DNA of 64,000 nt, taken from positions 59,285 through 123,284 of IMG/VR virus record IMGVR_UViG_3300042197_000731; one strand, given 5' to 3'. Made by a program: the position numbers and the translations under genes. Below the pieces are notes generated by a model that did not search any database, was not told where the DNA came from, and saw only the letters and a list, made by a program, of their open reading frames with translations. Positions 55,277 to 61,828 of the stretch are shown one piece after another (the first letter of the stretch is position 1; each line of letters starts with the position of its first letter). Source of the DNA: a virus.

Positions 55277-55891
55277 TTACAGATACGCCATCTGCTTGGG
55301 CGACAGCGGGCTACGATACTTGGGAGCCGGGTTGGTAGCCCAGGCAATCACCTGATCACGCATACTCTTGCGGAAGCCGCTACGCAGGTTAGCGGTAATC
55401 AGACGCTCAATGCCTTGCCAGGCACTGCCGACCGCTGCCTTGAGGCTTTCAACTTGAGTACGTTGAAGACCAGCGCGACGGGCAATTTCAGCCATGTGCT
55501 TACGCTCATTACGGCGCTTGAGGATCTCAGAGCGACGACGGTTGTACTCAACGTAAGCCTTGAACTCAGCACGAACTTCCGGCGTAGCATCAGCCTTAGA
55601 AGCATAGCAAGGATAAGACCAACCACGAGTGGTGGCAAAGAACACTTCCTTGCTGGTCTTGGTAACAGGATCCCACACAACCATGTACCAGTCGGAATCA
55701 TCGTAGCCGTTCCGCTCGTAATCATACAAGCACAGACCATGATGGGTTTCATACAGGGTGTCACCCTGCTTGGCATCGTTCATGCCGTTAGTGCCAGGCA
55801 ACGGGCAATATTCACCATCGTGAAACGTGGTACGCAGAGTGCGAACCGCGCCAGAGTAATCAAAACTGGAACCCATGTGGATGATAGCCAT
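55277..55891 (-). CDS. hypothetical early protein
   Basis: 204 aa; GAGG RBS; sigma70 promoter upstream. Confidence 0.7.
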   Translation of the reverse strand: MAIIHMGSSFDYSGAVRTLRTTFHDGEYCPLPGTNGMNDAKQGDTLYETHHGLCLYDYERNGYDDSDWYMVVWDPVTKTSKEVFFATTRGWSYPCYASKADATPEVRAEFKAYVEYNRRRSEILKRRNERKHMAEIARRAGLQRTQVESLKAAVGSAWQGIERLITANLRSGFRKSMRDQVIAWATNPAPKYRSPLSPKQMAYL

Positions 55892-55910
55892 TTCGTTTAC
55901 CTCGTTTCGT

Positions 55911-55950
55911 TCAGTGAATACAGTATAGCAGGTATGCCAATTACTGTCAA
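55911..55950 (-). promoter_or_regulatory. sigma70-type early promoter
   Basis: TTGACA-17 nt-TATACT, followed by GTATTCACTGA. Confidence 0.8.
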
Positions 55951-55951
55951 A

Positions 55952-56176
55952 TTAGACCGCAGCCTTGAAGGACACACGACTCACGGCCGACGGCATGATA
56001 AAGCTGTACCCATCGCTGGTGTACCGGTAGTGGCTGCCAGCAGCAATCACTTCAGGCGCATCCAGTGCTCCAAGTGCGAACGAATACATCTCGTAACCTT
56101 CACAATACTCGTCAAGATACTCTTGGCGGATCTTGCCGTAGGTGGAGGTCATATAGGGTGCAGTGATCATGATCAA
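55952..56176 (-). CDS. hypothetical early protein
   Basis: ORF downstream of a sigma70 promoter with a GGAG RBS. Confidence 0.6.
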   Translation of the reverse strand: MIMITAPYMTSTYGKIRQEYLDEYCEGYEMYSFALGALDAPEVIAAGSHYRYTSDGYSFIMPSAVSRVSFKAAV

Positions 56177-56190
56177 CTCCGTTGTCTAAC

Positions 56191-56230
56191 TCAGTGAATA
56201 CAGTATAAGAGGTTTTGTATTATTTGTCAA
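56191..56230 (-). promoter_or_regulatory. sigma70-type early promoter
   Basis: TTGACA-17 nt-TATACT, followed by the same GTATTCACTGA. Confidence 0.8.
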
Positions 56231-56646
56231 ATCGGGAAGTTTTGATTGGCCATACGTTTGGCTATGGATTTCTGAACTTTAAAGTTTACAGGTTGACCCA
56301 TACCAGCCTCATCGTGCGTTAGCATGGCATACACTCGCAGGACGCTAGGATTTGCGCCTGATAGCGTATAAAACACACTGATATTGTGAGTTAGATGGGC
56401 GTGTTTAATGCCTGGAATTTCCAGCGACATCGGTGTGTTGGGCGTATTTCTTTTGTCCGAGGCTCCAAAAGGTTCAGTTGGATTCTCTTTTTTTGATTTT
56501 AAGAATTCAACATACTTTTCTAATACCTTAGGATTAGATCTGACATATCTACCAGCCGTTTCCTGGAATAGTGGACACTCCGAAACTACCATTCTCGGAG
56601 TATTGCCAGGAACTTGTGATTTTACTTCGCCGCGCCCTTTTGCCAT
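56227..56646 (-). CDS. RelE/YafQ-like mRNA interferase toxin
   Basis: F.....K..EFL..K..NP..D...IKHAHLTHNISVFY..LRVYAMLTHDE resembles the YafQ H.HI..D.LL.Y..L.R.G.H pattern. Confidence 0.55.
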   Translation of the reverse strand: MAKGRGEVKSQVPGNTPRMVVSECPLFQETAGRYVRSNPKVLEKYVEFLKSKKENPTEPFGASDKRNTPNTPMSLEIPGIKHAHLTHNISVFYTLSGANPSVLRVYAMLTHDEAGMGQPVNFKVQKSIAKRMANQNFPI

Positions 56647-56831
56647 GCGAGGGCACCTTCACGAAGATTTTTGATGTAGGAATCAACATCAACAGGTTCA
56701 GACCAAACATCAGCACGATGGGCTTCGACCACACGAACCAGATCCGAGGTAGCAACACCAGTATCATTGCCGCTGTCCAGCGATTCGTACAGGTGTTGGC
56801 CGCGCAGTTGGGTGATTTCGGTAATCTTCAT
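56622..56831 (-). CDS. small acidic protein, putative antitoxin
   Basis: 69 aa; overlaps the toxin-like gene; leader MKITEI..LYE. Confidence 0.45.
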   Translation of the reverse strand: MKITEITQLRGQHLYESLDSGNDTGVATSDLVRVVEAHRADVWSEPVDVDSYIKNLREGALAWQKGAAK

Positions 56832-56873
56832 GATGTTACATCTCTGACTTGGTATGAATCCATTATAGTGTAT

Positions 56874-57077
56874 TTAGCATTTATCGTCAAATTTTTTCTT
56901 GATGGTATCCAGCACTGCCGTAGCGTCAGTGTACTCGGACATTTTATCCAACTTGCCCTCAACCGTGGTGAAGATTCCCTCATAGTTTGGCACTGTGACG
57001 CTAGGCGTAATGCCCAAACTCAGAGTATAGGGCAGGTTGTATACAAGGGTTGTATTCCAGAAAAATTTCTTGTCCAT
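56874..57077 (-). CDS. hypothetical protein
   Basis: 67-aa ORF with AAGGA RBS. Confidence 0.5.
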   Translation of the reverse strand: MDKKFFWNTTLVYNLPYTLSLGITPSVTVPNYEGIFTTVEGKLDKMSEYTDATAVLDTIKKKFDDKC

Positions 57078-57234
57078 GATTGTCCTTTCTAGGAGAAAGG
57101 TATAATACTACAACTTTGTTTTTTTGTCAAAAAATTTGATGGGATGAATGGCAAAGTAAATTATTGCTCCGATAATAGACCCTAATCCTACGCCCACAAT
57201 AATACTATTTACAAGTGTTATATCCATGGCAAGT

Positions 57235-58602
57235 TTATTGTTTTCCATCAATTTCTGCTGCTGCCTTGATATGTCTACGTCTCCATGTTGCAGGATCAGG
57301 ATCTTTTAAAACATCTCGGGCATAGAGTACATCAATACTATTTCCATCTATTTGTGTATTATTTTGTTTACTGAATAGTGCTATACTGTCTTCGGCGTCA
57401 GATGATAATTTCACTCCGAATGTCAATATATAGTTCATAATAATCTTATATGAGATAGCAGAGCCAAAATTCCAATTACTAACTATTTCATCTATGTTTG
57501 GTTCTATTTCTGGCCAACGCTGTTTTAGTATTTTAAGAGCATAGTAACATGCGATAGAAATACTTTTAGTTAGATATGGTTCTAATTCAGGCCAACGCTC
57601 ACCTCTTTTGCTTAACGCATCAATTAAATCTCTGAAATCAGCACTATATTTCACAACTGATATTCTTGGTAATTCGTTTAACAACATATTACGACCGTAT
57701 TTCCATCCAGGTTCAATATCTGTCAAATATCGTAATATGTTATATATATCCTTATGCTCAATTACATACTTTCTAAGATCATGTATACTGATTTGTTTAT
57801 TTTTATATCTGTCTATAACTGTTTGAAATGTATAGTATCTTAACTCTCGTCTAATCGCACTGATAGGTGTACTGTTTTCAAAACTTTTAAGTAGTCTAAT
57901 TCCCGAAGTATTAAGTACAACACCTTGAGTGGGTTCATCTGGATATATGATACCATCGCCGAAATCAAGAACTGTGTTATAACCTAATACAGTGCGTAAT
58001 ATCCAATTCCAAATATTAGCGGCCCTAGATCCAATTACATCTCTTAGCCATTGACTAAGTTTCCAAGTCACAAACCATATATTTCCACCTGGTGATGCTA
58101 CACGACCTTCTGTTAATTTTGACTGATCAAGATATTCTATAAATGCGGTAAAATCTTTAGTATCAGCACTAAACATACTACCACCTACTTTTCTTTTAAA
58201 TTTATCTAATAGGCCAGGTATATTATCTAATGCTGTTTTTAGTTTTTCTAAATCGCGCTGATAATTTGCGTTTGTATAATCGTCTAAGAACAGTATTGGT
58301 TCTGGAAATTGAAATATTTGAATATATGGTGCATCATCTACAAAAGGTAATTTTCTAGGAGCATAGTGATCTTTTTTCTCTAGATAATATTCACCAGGAT
58401 AGAAATATACACCATTAGGAGTATTGTATGTGCTACGAGGATTTACCCCAATCTTATTGATCATGGTCATTGAGATACCAATTTGATTGATATCTACGCC
58501 ACTGTTAACCAGAAAATTGACTGCGCCTTTATGTCCAGATACTTCGCGTGGATTTTGTACTGGATTGCGACGGGCTTCTGTGGTAAATTCGTTTGCTCGC
58601 AT
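57235..58602 (-). CDS. putative capsid-packaged protein, paralog of 51535..52920
   Basis: MRANEFTTEARRNP; IGVNPRSTYNTPNGVYFYP; IIYPDEPTQ; TAAATA upstream. Confidence 0.7.
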   Translation of the reverse strand: MRANEFTTEARRNPVQNPREVSGHKGAVNFLVNSGVDINQIGISMTMINKIGVNPRSTYNTPNGVYFYPGEYYLEKKDHYAPRKLPFVDDAPYIQIFQFPEPILFLDDYTNANYQRDLEKLKTALDNIPGLLDKFKRKVGGSMFSADTKDFTAFIEYLDQSKLTEGRVASPGGNIWFVTWKLSQWLRDVIGSRAANIWNWILRTVLGYNTVLDFGDGIIYPDEPTQGVVLNTSGIRLLKSFENSTPISAIRRELRYYTFQTVIDRYKNKQISIHDLRKYVIEHKDIYNILRYLTDIEPGWKYGRNMLLNELPRISVVKYSADFRDLIDALSKRGERWPELEPYLTKSISIACYYALKILKQRWPEIEPNIDEIVSNWNFGSAISYKIIMNYILTFGVKLSSDAEDSIALFSKQNNTQIDGNSIDVLYARDVLKDPDPATWRRRHIKAAAEIDGKQ

Positions 58603-58609
58603 AGTTTAG

Positions 58610-58615
58610 TATTTA
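58610..58615 (-). promoter_or_regulatory. T4-like late promoter core TAAATA (representative copy)
   Basis: Same hexamer lies shortly upstream of starts at 7799, 18761, 19892, 21087, 24091, 27067, 28244, 30362, 38863, 39481, 53810, 54224 and 58602. Confidence 0.65.
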
Positions 58616-59194
58616 TTACTCACCTCCACCGCCATCACCTGAACCTTCACCAGTGCCGTAGTATCCACCGTAATATGCCGGACCATAGAAATAACGATTG
58701 GTTTTCTTCTTTGTAGATTTACGCGACTTTTTGCGTTCATCCAATTCTATTTGTTCGTTATTCTTTTTACGACCTTGGCAATGTGCTCGTTGGCTGAATC
58801 CTTTAGGATTCTTACAGTTTATACTCTTTTTATACTTTTCACTCCAGGCTTCCGCCACACCTTGTTGAGATTCGCTCAAGTCATCCTTCTTATAAGTAAT
58901 ACTCCAATTATCGTCACCGTAAATTACGACACCTTCGTAGTCATCGCTGTAATCAATATAAAGTTTACGCTTTACTCCGTCTGGGCAAGTAACACCTTTT
59001 TCTAGTCTACGTTCAACTTTTTCTTGAGACTGAATATCGCTATCTAAATCTCCGCTAGACACATCACCATTTAGCCACTGTGCGGCTAAGGTTTTTAGTA
59101 TATCGTCTCCACCACCTCCGCTGTCGGTAGCAAATTCGTTCAATGTATCTTCCGCCACACCTTGCTGTTTGTTTACGAATTCTGACGCTCGCAT
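58616..59194 (-). CDS. modular protein with two QGVAE junctions
   Basis: MRASEF leader; exact 16-bp repeats at 58849 and 59149; WSEKYKKSINC..HC module; Y/G-rich tail. Confidence 0.75.
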   Translation of the reverse strand: MRASEFVNKQQGVAEDTLNEFATDSGGGGDDILKTLAAQWLNGDVSSGDLDSDIQSQEKVERRLEKGVTCPDGVKRKLYIDYSDDYEGVVIYGDDNWSITYKKDDLSESQQGVAEAWSEKYKKSINCKNPKGFSQRAHCQGRKKNNEQIELDERKKSRKSTKKKTNRYFYGPAYYGGYYGTGEGSGDGGGGE

Positions 59195-59197
59195 AAT

Positions 59198-59791
59198 TTA
59201 CCACGCCCTTGGTTTAATTTTTACTTCGCCCACTAACCGTAAACTATCAGTACGATACCAGGCAGTACTTTCTACATCCCACAGCCCCATTAACTTGTTA
59301 TCCTGTCTACTACGAAAAGATCCTGACAATCTAGCAGGATAACGAATGGCATCTATGTATTTACTCAATTCTTCCCAGGGATATGTACTTAATCTATCCC
59401 AACTATCTAACTTATATTCACGGTTGAATAACTTAGCAATTTTTATAGCAGCAGCATCACTGCCCAAATTCAATATCTTAGCGCCTGGCTGTATTTGATA
59501 CAGTGATCCTTTAGGTGACACCCATCGTGGCATATTGTAATAACACCATTCTACCCATTCACTGGTATATCCTACATCTCCGCCACGATTGATCGCAGTA
59601 CTAGTCCATAACTTGGCATTGGGTTTAATATCTTCGCCTAACGCGGTACGGTCTAATTTTGGCATATACAATTGAAGACGATGCGTTTTACTAGCAGCCA
59701 TCTTATTACCAGTTTGAGTGGCAACATCAATCAATGCCTGTAATTCAGGTGATATACTTTCATCTTCAACTATAAATTCTTTAGAGATCAT
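59198..59791 (-). CDS. putative capsid-packaged hypothetical protein
   Basis: MISKEFIVE leader; LWTS..W..W..YIDAI..WDVEST. Confidence 0.65.
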   Translation of the reverse strand: MISKEFIVEDESISPELQALIDVATQTGNKMAASKTHRLQLYMPKLDRTALGEDIKPNAKLWTSTAINRGGDVGYTSEWVEWCYYNMPRWVSPKGSLYQIQPGAKILNLGSDAAAIKIAKLFNREYKLDSWDRLSTYPWEELSKYIDAIRYPARLSGSFRSRQDNKLMGLWDVESTAWYRTDSLRLVGEVKIKPRAW

Positions 59792-61067
59792 TCGGGTCAG
59801 CCTTTATGTATTGTAGGAAGTTCTGATGTCTATCCTTTAACCCAAACAATTTTGGATTTATTTTCTTGGTCACCGCAGTGGTATTAGTAAAGTCATTGAC
59901 TTCTGGTTTAACTCTACTATTCCAATACCATACGGCAATCTTTGCTGCGATATCAGGATCTGCTGCTAGATCAGGTTGTGCTTCTAGAGGTAATCCCAAT
60001 GCTTTGCCTGCTATACGATAATTATATCGTCCGGTTAGTTGTATGTATCCACGGCCACGATATTTGACACCATCACCGGGCTTTACATTGCCTAACAATT
60101 TAGCAGTTGTAGGAGCATATTTACGCTCATAACGGTTGAAATACTTTTTACCACCATGCTCTATCATTCTAGCATAGTCCATGGTTTCATGCGCGGTTTG
60201 TGCTAAGAATTGGGCTAACTCTGTACCTGCTAATCCAGCCTGTTGAGCAAATGCCATCAACTTTTTTTCTAATGGATTATCAGTAATGGGTTCAATTTTT
60301 TGTTGAACTTTTGCCACTTGAGGTTTCTGTTTAGACGCTACTGGGGCCGCTATAGGTTTCACTGTACCAGATGCCTGAGTTTGACTGGCAACAGTGGGCG
60401 GTGGATTCATGAACTGTGATACTTTGTCTTTGACTGCCATTCCACCAACTGCTCCGGCGCCCATAGCAGCAGCAAAACCCAAATTGGCTAACTGTTGCTT
60501 GAACCCTTCCGCTAATTCATCTTCTGGAATTATCTTACTGTATTCACCTTTGTTTAAGTAAAGTTCATTTTCTAATCTATACTCTAAACTGTTTAATTCA
60601 TTCCAACGATCTGATACAGTACTTATATACTTACGGGCAAGTTCTGGATTGGTTTTTTGTAACTGTTCCAACTTGTAATTCATTTGCGCTAGTTTGGATT
60701 TTATGCCGGCAAGTTTTTGTTTCTTCTTGATGATTTCTGGATTAGGACGACGAATATAGTCTATACTACCACGTAGTTTTGAACCAGCAGGTGTAGTGAT
60801 ACCCCAATCTATTTCTTCATCTGGGCTTAATTCCTGCAATGCTTTTAACATTTGACGAGCAATACGGCTTCTTCTAAATTCAGGAGCAACATAGATCATA
60901 TGTATTGAAGGACGATCCCGATATATGGAATAGTTTAAGTAACCTACCTGTTGTTCTGGGGTTTTTGCTATTAGCGTACCTTTATATCCGTCACGGAAAC
61001 TATCTTCAACATTGTTGACGATTTCTAGTCCACTGATATCTTCATCCATAATCTCATATGATCGCAT
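59781..61067 (-). CDS. GNAT acetyltransferase fused to a GH19 lysozyme/chitinase-like domain
   Basis: IYVAPEFRRSRIA..T.AG (GNAT); FLAQTAHET..YRGRGYIQLTGRYNY..WYW..TKKIN (GH19); leader MRSYEIMDE. Confidence 0.8.
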   Translation of the reverse strand: MRSYEIMDEDISGLEIVNNVEDSFRDGYKGTLIAKTPEQQVGYLNYSIYRDRPSIHMIYVAPEFRRSRIARQMLKALQELSPDEEIDWGITTPAGSKLRGSIDYIRRPNPEIIKKKQKLAGIKSKLAQMNYKLEQLQKTNPELARKYISTVSDRWNELNSLEYRLENELYLNKGEYSKIIPEDELAEGFKQQLANLGFAAAMGAGAVGGMAVKDKVSQFMNPPPTVASQTQASGTVKPIAAPVASKQKPQVAKVQQKIEPITDNPLEKKLMAFAQQAGLAGTELAQFLAQTAHETMDYARMIEHGGKKYFNRYERKYAPTTAKLLGNVKPGDGVKYRGRGYIQLTGRYNYRIAGKALGLPLEAQPDLAADPDIAAKIAVWYWNSRVKPEVNDFTNTTAVTKKINPKLFGLKDRHQNFLQYIKADPNDL

Positions 61068-61079
61068 ACTTGTCCTATC

Positions 61080-61820
61080 TTATTCTTTTGTGAAATCATT
61101 GGCATCAGAATATGTCCCGATATTGCCATAGACCGATTTTAATTGTTTGCCACTAAAAATTGCCCAAACTTCATAATTCTTTTCAAAAAAAATAATACCA
61201 TCATATCCCAACTTTTTTAATGATTTTACGAAGTAATCTCCGTCTTCGTCATCTAATAATTCCCATGTATGTTGAACATTGTAAATCCATCTTGGATTAA
61301 CTCCTACTGATATTAATTCATTTTCTTGTTGTTCAGATAGGCCAGTACGCAAATCGAAAGGATTTGTTACCTTAGCATATACTGTAATGATGTTTGCTCC
61401 GCTCTTTTCCAGATCACTGTATTCATGAGCAAATTTTAAATTTGGTGTTAAAAATATAGCCGCTCTGGATACCTCTACATTGCCTAAAATACCATAATTA
61501 TTATATGTTTTTAGGTGTGCTTTGAATTCCTGAAAATCACTATTAGTGCCATGAAAAAATACCAATGGTCTATTTTTAGAATCTACCGCAACACTGTTAT
61601 TAAACCATTTCCAAAAATTCTCCAAACTTTGCTTTACACTAGATATTATTCTACCTCTACTGTTAATATTAGGTAATCTATATGTTTTTTTAGTGCCCTT
61701 AGATGATGTAGTTTTATTTATTGGAATGGTACTTCTTTTTGTCGCAAATGTATCAGGAAATAAATCATCTTGAGTTTCCAATATTTGATGTTTATTTTTC
61801 ATGAATTCGTTAGAGAGCAT
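61080..61820 (-). CDS. ADP-ribosyltransferase-like (ART-PolyVal type) protein
   Basis: PLVFFHGT..IFLTP..FA.EY..VYAKV.NP..GYDGII..VWAIF..KQLKS. Confidence 0.65.
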   Translation of the reverse strand: MLSNEFMKNKHQILETQDDLFPDTFATKRSTIPINKTTSSKGTKKTYRLPNINSRGRIISSVKQSLENFWKWFNNSVAVDSKNRPLVFFHGTNSDFQEFKAHLKTYNNYGILGNVEVSRAAIFLTPNLKFAHEYSDLEKSGANIITVYAKVTNPFDLRTGLSEQQENELISVGVNPRWIYNVQHTWELLDDEDGDYFVKSLKKLGYDGIIFFEKNYEVWAIFSGKQLKSVYGNIGTYSDANDFTKE

Positions 61821-61828
61821 ACTTGTCC

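Noticed and set aside
55415-56197. 260-aa plus-strand ORF
   Set aside because: Antisense shadow of GC-rich minus-strand genes that have their own promoters and RBSs; it crosses a promoter region
56571-57092. 173-aa plus-strand ORF
   Set aside because: Overlaps three plausible minus-strand genes and has no recognisable motif
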